Numbered from the stretch's first letter, positions 30,391 through 40,184 are shown. The stretch is DNA of 64,000 nt from a virus (IMGVR_UViG_3300012984_000013:13581-77580), one strand, 5' to 3'. Numbers and translations: made by a program. The notes: a model not told the origin generated them from the sequence alone.

Positions 30391-31590
30391 TTAAAGTATT
30401 TTTGTCCAAGAAGGTGATTTAGGAGTAGGTTTATCTGTTTTAACAGATGTCTTAGAAGATTGTCTTGCTACCTCCTGGAAGAGAGCATCTGTTTTCTTTG
30501 TTACTCCTGCTTTTTGAATTGTAGACAGTGTTGGGTCTTTTTCAAGAAGTTTTAATAGAAGAGCAATTTTAACCTTAGTTGCATGATTCTCAGGACGTTT
30601 AAGATCTATAATAGTCTTATCAAATTCTGTTAGAATCTCACCAGATGGTGTCTTATATCTTTCAGTTATAAGGAAGTCTTGTACTTCACCTGCTAACTTT
30701 GGATTAATTGGAATTCCATCAAATTCACTGGTTTTTAGTTTACTCTCAAGTGTATTTTTGACATTAACAATATACTGTTGCTTCAATTGAGCCTTTTGTA
30801 ATTGTTGCTGTTCAGCATTCTTTTCTAATTCTTGTAGCTTTTGAGCCTCTCTTTTCATGAGAACTTTATGAGCATGTTGAGCTTCATCTGAAAGATCACC
30901 ATAGTCCTTTAGTTTGGCTAATTTAGCTACAATACTATTATCATCATAACCCTGTTCTTTAAGTGCCTGTTTTACAACAGCTTCCTGATTTGATTCTTTA
31001 GTAAGGTCCAAATCTGAGAGATTCTCAATATTAGAGTATGTAGTAAAGTATTCTTTAGGATCTGCTCCTTTTACATATATGGCTTCAAATGCTTGCTGAT
31101 AATCTTCACCAAATTGACTAATAAAATTACTTACGATCTCATTAGCTCCTTTTTTCTTTTCATAATTGAACCTATCAAGGAATTCTTCTGGACTGGTAAT
31201 TTCTACTTCCTCTTCACCTTCATCTTTAGAAAATACTCCTAATTTAAATAGATCTTTGGAAAAGACTTGGAAATGGTTAATTTCACCTTCTTTATCTTCT
31301 GTTTCTTTATTTTCATCTTTAGGATCTTCATCTTCAGCAGCTTCCTCATCTTTACCTAAAAGAGTATTAATAGGATCTTCATCTTTCTTAACTTCTTCGT
31401 CTTTCTTATCTTCAGCCTTTTTCTCCTCTTTTTTAGGAGGAATTACAGGTTTTTCTTTCTCTAATATCTTTACGTCATCAGGAGAGGTAGAGGTTTCCGA
31501 TTCATATAATCCTTTTAATATTTGAGCATTACCTATATCGGTACTCTCAATACTAAAATCAAAGGTTGGACTATCTAGTTCTTGGGCCAT
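30391..31590 (-). CDS. Scaffolding-like protein (399 aa, E/K-rich coiled coil)
   Basis: Extremely Glu/Lys/Asp-rich with helical repeats (KKEEKKAEDKKDEEVKKDED...), positioned between portal and capsid candidates. Confidence 0.55.
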   Translation of the reverse strand: MAQELDSPTFDFSIESTDIGNAQILKGLYESETSTSPDDVKILEKEKPVIPPKKEEKKAEDKKDEEVKKDEDPINTLLGKDEEAAEDEDPKDENKETEDKEGEINHFQVFSKDLFKLGVFSKDEGEEEVEITSPEEFLDRFNYEKKKGANEIVSNFISQFGEDYQQAFEAIYVKGADPKEYFTTYSNIENLSDLDLTKESNQEAVVKQALKEQGYDDNSIVAKLAKLKDYGDLSDEAQHAHKVLMKREAQKLQELEKNAEQQQLQKAQLKQQYIVNVKNTLESKLKTSEFDGIPINPKLAGEVQDFLITERYKTPSGEILTEFDKTIIDLKRPENHATKVKIALLLKLLEKDPTLSTIQKAGVTKKTDALFQEVARQSSKTSVKTDKPTPKSPSWTKIL

Positions 31591-31727
31591 AATGTAGTTT
31601 TTATTTGGTTTTGTAATGTAAAAGTATAATCTTTTTATTTAAGATCAAATAGTTGTTCCCTATAAACGATGATTTTAGTTGATAATATAGCATTACTATA
31701 ATTCAGTTTAACCAATTTAGTTTACTT

Positions 31728-32252
31728 TTATGTCGGTTTTATTGTATCACTTATTAATCTGTAGCTCCTGATAGGAGCAATATCTGTTAGTGTTACTTGT
31801 TTTATCTCTACTCCCCACTTCTTTGCTTCCACTCTGGCTTTCTTAGTAATAGTGTTATCTATCTCATTTCCTAAACAGTTATCTAATGTACTATTAATAA
31901 TTACTTCTTTTATAATAGCCTGAGTCATATCTGCTATAGCATCTGTGGCATCAAAGACTTCTAACATAAATACCTTAATATCTGCTATTTTGTACTTGAT
32001 TACGCCTTTTACTACTATATTTGTTTTGTCCTGAGTATATAAGGACTGGGCTGGTAAACTAAGAGTGGTTACAGTAATATGTTGTTCCATTACTTGGTCT
32101 ATTAGGGGATATTTAAAATACCGTCCTGGTTTAAGGACTCTTTTGAATTTCCCCCACCTAAGTAATACACCTTCCTGATAATCTGCTATGATACCTATGG
32201 GCAGAAGATACTCTGCCCAAGATACCAATAGTTCAATTAGTTTATCAAACAT
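31728..32252 (-). CDS. SPFH/band-7 (stomatin/prohibitin)-like domain protein (174 aa)
   Basis: Carries ...TNIVVKGVIKYKIADIKVFMLEVFDATDAIADMTQAIIKEV...KKWGVEIKQVTLTDIAP..., resembling the SPFH core including the conserved WGI(E/V)...DI.P segment. Confidence 0.5.
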   Translation of the reverse strand: MFDKLIELLVSWAEYLLPIGIIADYQEGVLLRWGKFKRVLKPGRYFKYPLIDQVMEQHITVTTLSLPAQSLYTQDKTNIVVKGVIKYKIADIKVFMLEVFDATDAIADMTQAIIKEVIINSTLDNCLGNEIDNTITKKARVEAKKWGVEIKQVTLTDIAPIRSYRLISDTIKPT

Positions 32253-32254
32253 AG

Positions 32255-34867
32255 TTATTTTTTCTTTTTCTTAGCTGCCGCCTTCTTCTCCTTAGCTTTA
32301 GTCCTTGCTTGAATAAGGGCTATTTCCTTATCATTCTTCATATTCTCCCTTTCAACTTTGAGTTTTTCCATCTCAATCTTCATCTTATCAGATGATTGTT
32401 GATTCTTAGAGTTTATATCAGCAGCCTTAGTTTCATGCTCTTTATATATCTTCTCTCTTTCAAGGGACAACTTACCAGACTCAAGAACATCAAAGATTTC
32501 GTTGTTATTAGCATCTTCAGCTTCAACCTTACCAAATCCAGTAGCTGAGATGATCGCAATTTCTTTCTTGTTAAGTCTATCCAGTTCTTTGTTATAATTT
32601 TCATTAATAACATCCTCATCATGGATTTGTTTAGCTTGAGCAAGTTGAGCTTCTGCAATTTCTCTATTTTGCTCAATTTCCTGCTGAGTTTGCTGCATTG
32701 AGGTATTCTGCATTTGTTCTTGTCTCTCTTTAAGGGATCTGAAGACTTTCTTCATCTGCCTGATAGAGTTAGTTGAGAACAATTCAATTACATCATATAA
32801 TGAACCTCCATTCTGCATAAGTGGTTGACCAAGTAATCTGATTTCCTCAAACAATTTCTTATCTTCAGGTCTATTAGTAGGGAAGGTTTTTAAATCCCTT
32901 AATCTGATATCTGCACCATTCACTTTAATGAAAGCTGATTCTCCCTGAGAGGAGATGTAGGATAATGTGGATTCTGGTTTTTGACTTTCTATATATTGAG
33001 CAGCATCCAGTAGAGCTTGGTATAATTGACCAAGTACATACTCATGTGCTACAAACATAGGTTCAGTTTGATTATAAGATTGAGTCAATGCAGCATTAGT
33101 ACCAGTAGCACTTTCTGATGCAGAAACAGAACCTAATCTCTGTTTAGACATACCTACTAACTCCCAACATTCGTTTTTAAGGGCTATAGCAAGACTATAT
33201 CTTGATTGAATCTCATTAGTTCTTGTAAGATCTACATTCTTAGCTACACTCTGATTAGAAACTGGAGCTTTAGTATTCTCTGGGGAGTCATCATCGAATA
33301 TGATACCTCTCTCCCTTGCTTCCATTTCCCATGCATCAATATCATCTTGGGCATCACCATCTTTAACTCTAGGAATACGTCTTAAGTTAACAGCAGCTAC
33401 ATTACCTATTTCCTTTTCCAAGAGCTTGTATAACTGGTTCATACAGATATTGTATAAAACCTGAAAAGGTTTCATCATATCTATAAGAGATTTAGCTTCT
33501 GTATTCTTTATTTCGTGGTTTATTCCTATAATAGGACAATAAGAAAGGAGTCTAAAAGGTTTAATATGATAGATATCTGGACCTATCTTAGTTCCTTGAT
33601 ACCATTGATTTACCCATCCCCATTCTATATCTGTTTCTGTAGGAATAGTTCCTGATACATAGGATTCATCTACTAAAGTGGTTTGTATATTATCTGCTTC
33701 ATCTATATATGTAACTTTACCTACTTTCTTTTTAGAAGACCAGTAAGCCCTCACAACTGCATATTTATAACCAAAAGCTGTAGTATTAGAACTAAGTCCT
33801 AGAAAATCTGTAAGAGAATCGTTATTTTCTTTCAGATTACTTTCTACCATCATTCTAGTCTGTAGAACCAAAGGATCATATGTATCATATTTAATAGACT
33901 CTATCCCAGGTTCCACATCAGGATTACCTAAGTTAGAATCCCTAACATTAATAAGACCATAATCCTGAAGTCCTTTTCTAAGATGATCAATCTCTTCTTT
34001 TGTAAGATCAGGGATAGTGTCAATAATCTCAGAAAACTCCATAACTTCCACAGTACCAGCAGCATATGCTCCTTGGTTTCTGCCAGTTATATCAGAGATA
34101 TATTTCTTATCAGGAGTAGTTAAGAACCATACATTTTTAGGGTTAGCTACTGCTACATTAAAACCTAGTTTAGAGTTATCCTCATATATGTGGTAGTATT
34201 CCCTGGCAGAGATACATAGATCTCTAAAGGTTTCTTCACTCTTTTCTTTAATATTGAATTCAACCTTTAGGGCTGTTAGAACGTGATTTCCCCACTTTTC
34301 ACCAGTAGAGGTATAGTCATCCAATTCATCCTTCACTTCTTCCAAGGTCATAGATTGAAGCTCTTCTTCATCTAACTCATGTCCTTGAATTGCTGCTCTT
34401 TCTAATATCTTACGCTTTGCTTCAGTAATAATGAAGTTCTGTAGAATATCAGTCTTATAAGCTAGTTCCTCAGACTTACTCTCTTCGTCAAATGCCTTTA
34501 CTCTATATTCATCTGGTCTTTTGGATATTTCACCAACCAGTTCATTAAGAGGGGTTGTTATAATAGAGTAATGTTTGACGTATGAAGGTAATTGAATATC
34601 TGCTGTAAGGGTTTCACCAAAGCTTCTTACTTGAGGTTCCTGATAGAAATCCTCAGTTCTAAGGATTCCTTTTACCAGATCATAGTTCTTTACAAATGTA
34701 TCTCTGTTTTTAATATACTCTGAATATGCTTTGTTAGCAAAGTAATCCATTGTATTCTTTACCCATGAATCTTCCTGTTTTTCTGCTTCAGTTTTAAACT
34801 GATCAGGGAAGATATTCAAATAGGCGTATCTCGGTATAGAATCTTCTGTGTATCTTATGATTGCCAT
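32255..34867 (-). CDS. Portal protein candidate (870 aa)
   Basis: Large ORF immediately downstream of TerL with a 1-nt overlap; Lys/Glu-rich C-terminal tail. Assignment is by position and size only. Confidence 0.55.
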   Translation of the reverse strand: MAIIRYTEDSIPRYAYLNIFPDQFKTEAEKQEDSWVKNTMDYFANKAYSEYIKNRDTFVKNYDLVKGILRTEDFYQEPQVRSFGETLTADIQLPSYVKHYSIITTPLNELVGEISKRPDEYRVKAFDEESKSEELAYKTDILQNFIITEAKRKILERAAIQGHELDEEELQSMTLEEVKDELDDYTSTGEKWGNHVLTALKVEFNIKEKSEETFRDLCISAREYYHIYEDNSKLGFNVAVANPKNVWFLTTPDKKYISDITGRNQGAYAAGTVEVMEFSEIIDTIPDLTKEEIDHLRKGLQDYGLINVRDSNLGNPDVEPGIESIKYDTYDPLVLQTRMMVESNLKENNDSLTDFLGLSSNTTAFGYKYAVVRAYWSSKKKVGKVTYIDEADNIQTTLVDESYVSGTIPTETDIEWGWVNQWYQGTKIGPDIYHIKPFRLLSYCPIIGINHEIKNTEAKSLIDMMKPFQVLYNICMNQLYKLLEKEIGNVAAVNLRRIPRVKDGDAQDDIDAWEMEARERGIIFDDDSPENTKAPVSNQSVAKNVDLTRTNEIQSRYSLAIALKNECWELVGMSKQRLGSVSASESATGTNAALTQSYNQTEPMFVAHEYVLGQLYQALLDAAQYIESQKPESTLSYISSQGESAFIKVNGADIRLRDLKTFPTNRPEDKKLFEEIRLLGQPLMQNGGSLYDVIELFSTNSIRQMKKVFRSLKERQEQMQNTSMQQTQQEIEQNREIAEAQLAQAKQIHDEDVINENYNKELDRLNKKEIAIISATGFGKVEAEDANNNEIFDVLESGKLSLEREKIYKEHETKAADINSKNQQSSDKMKIEMEKLKVERENMKNDKEIALIQARTKAKEKKAAAKKKKK

Positions 34868-36915
34868 TATGTGAACAATTTTCTTTTTTTAGTCTTAAAT
34901 AACCCTCTAGAGTCATTAAAAAGGGCTTTTTTATTCTTCTCCTTATTATATAGGGCTTTAACTCTGGGGTCTGTTTCTCCTTGTATCCTACCATAGATAG
35001 GGTCCATTTTATAAGCCAGGGCTATAGCTAACTCAAATGATATTAATCTATCAAAGTTACCTTCCTCATTATATTGAATAATTTCCTCAAGGAATACAGG
35101 ATCAAGTATTTTATTCATACCTGTCACTTGACTTATAATACTACCATTTTCATCCTTTTCTTCTCTAACTATCTCCTCAGTATATCGTTTTGCACAATTA
35201 TGAAGGAAGTCAATAATCTTATCTGATGATCTATGTATACCATATTCCCTACTAACAGTAGTATTGGGAACTATTTCTCTTAACCAATCAGGTTGCTTTT
35301 CTAGGTAATGAGCATCCCCTTTGGCTTTCATGTACTCTATAAATGATATATCATCATTTTCACAAAGTACTCTACCATTATAATACTTAATAAGTAATCT
35401 AGCTTGTTCTTCCCAGATCTCCTTTTTATCAGGTCTTGCAGCATAAGTAGCTACAACCATATCCTGGAATTTCTCACCCAGAATATCATGCATACGTTTA
35501 TATACAGTTACTGATCCTAAAGATGTACTATAAGCCGCCTTACCTTGTCTATAAGGGTCAACTCCTATTACATATAACCCATAAGGAGCGTTTGAAATAG
35601 GAAACTCATATATCATTACAGGAGCATCCTTATTATCAGAGTTCTTTAATGGAAAGTTAGTTATAGGTAACTTGTCTGTAAACTCATGTTTAATCCCAGA
35701 CTCATCTGCATAAAGTATTACAGGAGTTCCTGGATGACCATTCTGTAGTATTCTTGATTTCTGCCTTCTGGCAGCATCTATATCAAATATGTTAGTATCC
35801 TCATTAAGGAAGATATCATCTACCTCTTTAGGGTAGTACATCTTTTCTTTAAGATAAGCTATTCTATCTCCTGCCTTTTTAAGCCTAGCTAGGTTATCAT
35901 CTGTAATCTTATTAGCCTTTTCCTCATTACTAACCAGCATATTAATCTGGTGTAATTGGCTATCTTTTGGTTTTCCAAGGAAGTTTCCAAGTGTGGATTC
36001 TTCCTTAGCTTCCATTCTATATTTATGTCCTATAAACAGACCATGTACTCTTCTTGTATCTGCTTCATTATTATATGTTAGGAAGTTGAAGTTAGCAACA
36101 TCAAACATTAATGATTTGGCATCCATGAATTTCTTCATATCTCCACCTGTTCCTGTTAGGATAGGTGAGCATCCCCAACCATATGGAGTTGTAAATCCTG
36201 GTATAGCAGCCTGTAAACCTCTTAGGAAAGAACCCTTACCAATTTCATCAATAATTAGCTTTCTTGGTTTTGTACCTGCAATACCTTCTTCATTATTACC
36301 ATCATCTAGGTTCCTGATAAGAATGGAAGAGAATGGGATTCTTTCTCCTGCCTTAGTTTTAACCCCAAGGGTTACTTGATTTTTCCAGTTGTCTTCAATC
36401 CTTTGCCATCTCCAGTATTGAGGTATAAAGTTAAGTCCCTTATCTATCTTATCTGTAATTAGCTTTATATCAGGAGAATTAAGTCCAGCAATTACATTCT
36501 GCGAGTTTTCATCAAATTGAGCACCTAATGATATATAACTAGCTTCAAGTACTGATTTAGCAAAACGTCTAATTCCTAATATAACTAATCCTTTCTTCTC
36601 CTTTTCAGCCCTGTCTATTTCATTTGTAACGATCCACTCATTATCTCTAAGATATGGATTTGCATACTTTTGAGAGATCTTACCTCTCTCATCAATCATA
36701 TCTACTTCAGTATGCCATATGTTTAAGTGCCAATATAAAAAGGGGTTAATATAAACCCCATCCATCATAGCTCCATTTAAACATATATCTTTATGGAAAT
36801 CATAAAAAGGTTTTGCCTCTGCACTATTGGCATCAGGTATCCTTTTCTGGTTTATGAACCAGTCTTTATAATCAATTGATTTTAAATCACTTAGAGTATT
36901 TAGTTCCTTTATCAT
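34867..36915 (-). CDS. terL: Terminase large subunit candidate (682 aa)
   Basis: Carries a Walker-A-like segment LVILGIRRFAKSVLEAS and a C-terminal region with acidic residues (GVDPYRQG...). Position upstream of the portal fits. Confidence 0.6.
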   Translation of the reverse strand: MIKELNTLSDLKSIDYKDWFINQKRIPDANSAEAKPFYDFHKDICLNGAMMDGVYINPFLYWHLNIWHTEVDMIDERGKISQKYANPYLRDNEWIVTNEIDRAEKEKKGLVILGIRRFAKSVLEASYISLGAQFDENSQNVIAGLNSPDIKLITDKIDKGLNFIPQYWRWQRIEDNWKNQVTLGVKTKAGERIPFSSILIRNLDDGNNEEGIAGTKPRKLIIDEIGKGSFLRGLQAAIPGFTTPYGWGCSPILTGTGGDMKKFMDAKSLMFDVANFNFLTYNNEADTRRVHGLFIGHKYRMEAKEESTLGNFLGKPKDSQLHQINMLVSNEEKANKITDDNLARLKKAGDRIAYLKEKMYYPKEVDDIFLNEDTNIFDIDAARRQKSRILQNGHPGTPVILYADESGIKHEFTDKLPITNFPLKNSDNKDAPVMIYEFPISNAPYGLYVIGVDPYRQGKAAYSTSLGSVTVYKRMHDILGEKFQDMVVATYAARPDKKEIWEEQARLLIKYYNGRVLCENDDISFIEYMKAKGDAHYLEKQPDWLREIVPNTTVSREYGIHRSSDKIIDFLHNCAKRYTEEIVREEKDENGSIISQVTGMNKILDPVFLEEIIQYNEEGNFDRLISFELAIALAYKMDPIYGRIQGETDPRVKALYNKEKNKKALFNDSRGLFKTKKRKLFT

Positions 36916-37241
36916 TTTCTATCCTTAAGCCACTCTCCAGCGTTACCTGAGAGTTCCCCTTTACCCCGCACTTCTACTTTGGCTTCTTCCTTTTCTCGTA
37001 GTTTGTCAACTACTTCTAATAGTGACAAATAGTTCTTCATAGTTTCTTGTATGAATTTACCCTGTGCTTCAATTGAAGCGATTACCATAGGTAACATTCC
37101 TCCTTTGGATGTTGGTTTCCACTCAATTCTATCTTTCAATAGATGAAGAGGATTAGCATCTACATAAGCTTTCCATGTAACTAATTGAGCCTCAGCCCAA
37201 TCTAATTCAGTTGATACGTAGTTATTTGCTTTCTTTGCCAT
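36912..37241 (-). CDS. Small protein upstream of TerL (109 aa); terminase small subunit candidate
   Basis: Position only; overlaps TerL by 4 nt. Confidence 0.35.
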   Translation of the reverse strand: MAKKANNYVSTELDWAEAQLVTWKAYVDANPLHLLKDRIEWKPTSKGGMLPMVIASIEAQGKFIQETMKNYLSLLEVVDKLREKEEAKVEVRGKGELSGNAGEWLKDRK

Positions 37242-37516
37242 TATTCTTCTTCAGAGTTAATTGTTAGGTTCATTCCATCTCTAATGATTTGATCGATTTC
37301 ATCTTTAGAGGTTTCCCGTGGAACATCCATTTCTAGTTTAGCCATATACTTAGTTACAGCATATGCAAACTCTTTATCTGTAATACCCCAAATATCCCCA
37401 TAATCATCGATTATTGTAGATAGATGCATTCCCAGGGAATAGCTCGGATATCGAGTTTTTAGTTCTTGTAGTTGTGTCAATATCTCTTTATAATGACTGT
37501 TGGTTTTCTTTCTCAT
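37241..37516 (-). CDS. Hypothetical protein (91 aa)
   Basis: ORF; its stop abuts the downstream start. Confidence 0.45.
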   Translation of the reverse strand: MRKKTNSHYKEILTQLQELKTRYPSYSLGMHLSTIIDDYGDIWGITDKEFAYAVTKYMAKLEMDVPRETSKDEIDQIIRDGMNLTINSEEE

Positions 37517-37788
37517 AAAGTTATTTGGTTTATATCATCGTCTGTTAAACCTTCAGACTCATCATTTTCATCATTTAGTTCGTTCAATTCAGTAAAAGCT
37601 TCATCCGTAGCTTCTGAACTCATATAGTCTTTTTGATATCCAAGAATCACATTATCCTCAATTTCAGAAACTCTAGTACAGCTTATGTCCACATAGTCAA
37701 GTCCCATCTCATACAACTCCCCCAGGATCTTAATGAACTTTTCAATAGGAACTTTTCTTATTGTGAATTTTTTATCGTCTTCTTCCAT
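37513..37788 (-). CDS. Acidic hypothetical protein (91 aa)
   Basis: D/E-rich ORF overlapping its neighbour by 4 nt. Confidence 0.45.
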   Translation of the reverse strand: MEEDDKKFTIRKVPIEKFIKILGELYEMGLDYVDISCTRVSEIEDNVILGYQKDYMSSEATDEAFTELNELNDENDESEGLTDDDINQITL

Positions 37789-37794
37789 ATCATA

Positions 37795-38070
37795 TTAAGT
37801 TACTTCTGTCCAATAATTTTTAGGACAATTACAGGATAAACATCTTAATTTCGCAGTTGTAGGACATCCACAATCAGTACAGTGTTCATCAGGTCTTAAA
37901 GTTGTCCATCCTGTTTTCTTCTTGTTTTCTGAGAAGAATTCACATCCATCACATATCTTCTTTCTCTCCAGATAGGTCTGGTCTATCAACTCCCTCATCT
38001 TTTCCTCCGGAAAGAGTTTGTTCTTCCATCCCTCCACTATCTGGTTCACCTTCTTCTTTGATGATTCCAT
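37795..38070 (-). CDS. Cys-rich zinc-finger-like protein (91 aa)
   Basis: CDGCEFF...CTDCGCP...CLSCNCP. Overlaps the C-terminus of the next ORF; the true start may be the internal Met near 37998. Confidence 0.4.
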   Translation of the reverse strand: MESSKKKVNQIVEGWKNKLFPEEKMRELIDQTYLERKKICDGCEFFSENKKKTGWTTLRPDEHCTDCGCPTTAKLRCLSCNCPKNYWTEVT

Positions 38071-38416
38071 ATTTCACTAATTTTGGTTTTATTCCATCCA
38101 TCCATTTAAGAGTAGATGCTAGTTTTAATTCTGTTGATCTCCTTTTCTGTTCAGTTAAATCAGGGCTGGACAGGATCTTTCTGAACATCGCCTCTTTCGA
38201 AAGCTGCCTTTCAAACTCCTTTCCTGCCTTTTTCTTATTAAATAAAAACTTACATAAGCCAGATAATTCAATTGAGCAGTTATCCTTCAGAGCTTTATGG
38301 GCCTCTTCAAATTGGTTATTCACCACAGCCTCAATTGTCTTTAAAGGTATGTCCATATTAAGAGACATAACTCTCATAACATAATCCTTAGCTGACTGGT
38401 TTAGCGGTTTGTCCAT
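37949..38416 (-). CDS. Hypothetical protein (155 aa)
   Basis: ORF; its C-terminal third overlaps 37795..38070 in another frame, so one of the two gene models needs trimming. Confidence 0.4.
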   Translation of the reverse strand: MDKPLNQSAKDYVMRVMSLNMDIPLKTIEAVVNNQFEEAHKALKDNCSIELSGLCKFLFNKKKAGKEFERQLSKEAMFRKILSSPDLTEQKRRSTELKLASTLKWMDGIKPKLVKYGIIKEEGEPDSGGMEEQTLSGGKDEGVDRPDLSGEKEDM

Positions 38417-38756
38417 TTAAAATTATTTGAAGAACTATATCATTATTAAAATCCAGCAAAATTTTAGGATTTACCTTAATCTTAGAGTTATCCTTAATTA
38501 AAACCCCCAATCTTTTCAGTTTAAGTGTCATATTAAGGATAGTTTGATAAGACGAACTATATATTCTACAGAATTCCTCTTTATTATGAGGATGGGATAT
38601 ATTCCCTTTCACTGCTGTAAAGGCAACTAGTTGGATTTCTCGCTCAGTCATCTGAAGATCATTAATAGAAGACAATATAGTATAGTATCTAATCGCCTTC
38701 TGAAGGATATTCTCCTCTATTCTTCTTAATCTCTGAGTTATTATTTTATTTTCCAT
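38388..38756 (-). CDS. Hypothetical protein (122 aa)
   Basis: ORF from the track. Confidence 0.45.
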   Translation of the reverse strand: MENKIITQRLRRIEENILQKAIRYYTILSSINDLQMTEREIQLVAFTAVKGNISHPHNKEEFCRIYSSSYQTILNMTLKLKRLGVLIKDNSKIKVNPKILLDFNNDIVLQIILNGQTAKPVS

Positions 38757-38822
38757 ATGTAATTATGCAAATATAACTGGTTATTTGTTAAATAACAAAC
38801 TTTATTAGAAAGTAATGCTATA

Positions 38823-39002
38823 TTATCTCAAAAGTTGCTTGAGTAATTCCTGTTCTTTGTGTATTTTACAATACAGATCCTCTATTTTACTGTTTAACTC
38901 ATCACAATAATCACATCCATGTTCAAAAGCTAGTTCTTCTAGCTCCTCTACCTTCTTTTTGGCACGTTCAATTCTACGTTTAACATTTGCTGGTTTTACC
39001 AT
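38823..39002 (-). CDS. Small Cys-containing protein (60 aa after start correction)
   Basis: The track ORF begins inside tRNA-Cys. The internal Met at 39002 (MVKPANVKRRIERAKKK...) avoids the tRNA. Confidence 0.4.
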   Translation of the reverse strand: MVKPANVKRRIERAKKKVEELEELAFEHGCDYCDELNSKIEDLYCKIHKEQELLKQLLR

Positions 39003-39017
39003 ATACTTATATTTAAG

Positions 39018-39088
39018 AGCTAGTGAAAGGGTTCGAACCTCCGTACCAGTTTTTGCAGAACTGTGTTTAACCACTCAACCACACTAGC
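39018..39088 (-). tRNA. tRNA-Cys (GCA)
   Basis: Acceptor GCTAGTG/CACTAGC pairs perfectly. Anticodon arm CAGTT-CTGCAAA-AACTG. T-loop TTCGAAC. 71 nt. Confidence 0.7.
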
Positions 39089-39169
39089 ATTTATATCTTC
39101 CTATCAGGAGTATCGTATTACGTTATATAGCTCCTCTCTATTCTTAACCCGCCCATCCTGACCCCTAAG

Positions 39170-39814
39170 TTATAGCAGATTTTTCACATTAGCAAGTTGT
39201 TCTTCTTTTATAAAAGGTAAAACTTTCTCAATATACTGATTATCAGAAGGTTTATGACAGAAAATATTTTTCTTATTTAAGTTGACAAAACTGTCAAGAA
39301 GTTGAAGATTATGTAAATTACAGCTAATACTAATAGGAGTGTCTTCTTTAAACCATGACAATGGTATACAATGATCTAGATGTTTTCCCTCAGGTATAAC
39401 TGGAAATTTAGATATATATTCTTCTTTAGTAAAACCTAACGTCTTAAATGTACTAGATGTCTTACACCTATTCAGCCTCCTGATAGAATCCTTAAACATC
39501 CATCTTAATCTTACCAGGGGAGTGACCTTCTTTTTATATTTTTTAATCCTTATCCTTTTACCCTGTCTTTTACTTTTACACTTTTTACAATATGAACTGA
39601 TTCCAGATCCCTTACTTTTATCCTTGGGAAAATCTACCTCTTCCTTTATAGAATTGCACCTACAACATTTTCTTAATGTTTTACTTTCGCAATCTTTACA
39701 TCTCTGTTGATTAACATTATACTCACTTTTAGGTTTGGATATTTGACAAACTGAGCAGGGACGCTCCTTGGAGTACATAGATCGAGTTTCTTTATTTTTA
39801 TAAGCCATCCCCAA
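39170..39814 (-). CDS. HNH-type endonuclease-like protein with Zn-ribbon Cys clusters (214 aa)
   Basis: Multiple CxxC pairs (CSVCQ...CKDCE...CCRCN...CKKCK) and a C-terminal ...HLDHCIPLSW... (H-x-D-H HNH core). Sits between tRNA-Cys and the tRNA island. Confidence 0.55.
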   Translation of the reverse strand: MGMAYKNKETRSMYSKERPCSVCQISKPKSEYNVNQQRCKDCESKTLRKCCRCNSIKEEVDFPKDKSKGSGISSYCKKCKSKRQGKRIRIKKYKKKVTPLVRLRWMFKDSIRRLNRCKTSSTFKTLGFTKEEYISKFPVIPEGKHLDHCIPLSWFKEDTPISISCNLHNLQLLDSFVNLNKKNIFCHKPSDNQYIEKVLPFIKEEQLANVKNLL

Positions 39815-39862
39815 AGTTACAAAAACTATTTGTAAGATCCTAATGATTTATAAAATAAAAAG

Positions 39863-39947
39863 TGCCCCAGGTAGGAATTGAACCTACGAAGCCCGAAGGC
39901 AACAGATTTACAGTCTGTCACTACTTACCAACAGTAGCCACTGGAGC
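39863..39947 (-). tRNA. tRNA-Tyr (GTA) with long variable arm
   Basis: Acceptor GCTCCAG/CTGGGGC. Anticodon arm ACAGA-CTGTAAA-TCTGT. Long variable arm TGCCTTCGGGC. T-arm GTAGG-TTCAATT-CCTAC. 85 nt. Confidence 0.75.
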
Positions 39948-39952
39948 ATATG

Positions 39953-40025
39953 AGGGAAGGGTGAGATTCGAACTCACAGCGAGTAAATTAACAGTTTACC
40001 ACTTTACCAATTAAGCTACCGACCC
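39953..40025 (-). tRNA. tRNA-Asn (GTT); acceptor stem has two internal mismatches
   Basis: Anticodon arm GTAAA-CTGTTAA-TTTAC. T-arm GTGAG-TTCGAAT-CTCAC. U8/A9 present. Acceptor GGGTCGG vs CCTTCCC (T.T and C.T at positions 4 and 5). Confidence 0.55.
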
Positions 40026-40031
40026 TTGAAG

Positions 40032-40102
40032 CACACCTTGAGAGGATCGAACTCCCTGCCACAAGATTTGGAGTCGAGTGAGCTACCTTCAGCTTAAAGT
40101 GT
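40032..40102 (-). tRNA. tRNA-Trp (CCA)-like, irregular (A8, weak anticodon stem)
   Basis: Acceptor ACACTTT/AAGGTGT with one G.U. Anticodon loop CTCCAAA. T-arm GGGAG-TTCGATC-CTCTC. Positions 8 and 9 are A,A rather than U8. 71 nt. Confidence 0.45.
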
Positions 40103-40103
40103 A

Positions 40104-40179
40104 TGGTCTAGATACCAGGACTTGAACCTGGAGCCTCCTGCGTCCAATGCAGGTAATCTACCAATTGATATACATCTAG
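40104..40179 (-). tRNA. tRNA-Pro (TGG), CCA end encoded
   Basis: Acceptor CTAGATG/TATCTAG. Anticodon arm CCTGC-ATTGGAC-GCAGG. T-arm CCAGG-TTCAAGT-CCTGG. 3' ACCA is encoded. Confidence 0.75.
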
Positions 40180-40184
40180 ATATG

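Noticed and set aside
12143-31525. Other antisense or overlapping small ORFs from the track (12143..12334, 14530..14814, 21169..21414, 23310..23543, 25117..25308, 25648..25875, 25975..26577, 28396..28692, 28726..28935, 29393..29985 group, 31166..31525, 32413..32676, 34803..34994, 35993..36379, 37633..37839, 37902..38384, 39522..39710)
   Set aside because: Each is embedded antisense or out of frame in a much longer convincing ORF, or crosses a tRNA. Compositions are Cys/Ser-rich or otherwise low-complexity, typical of repeat antisense.
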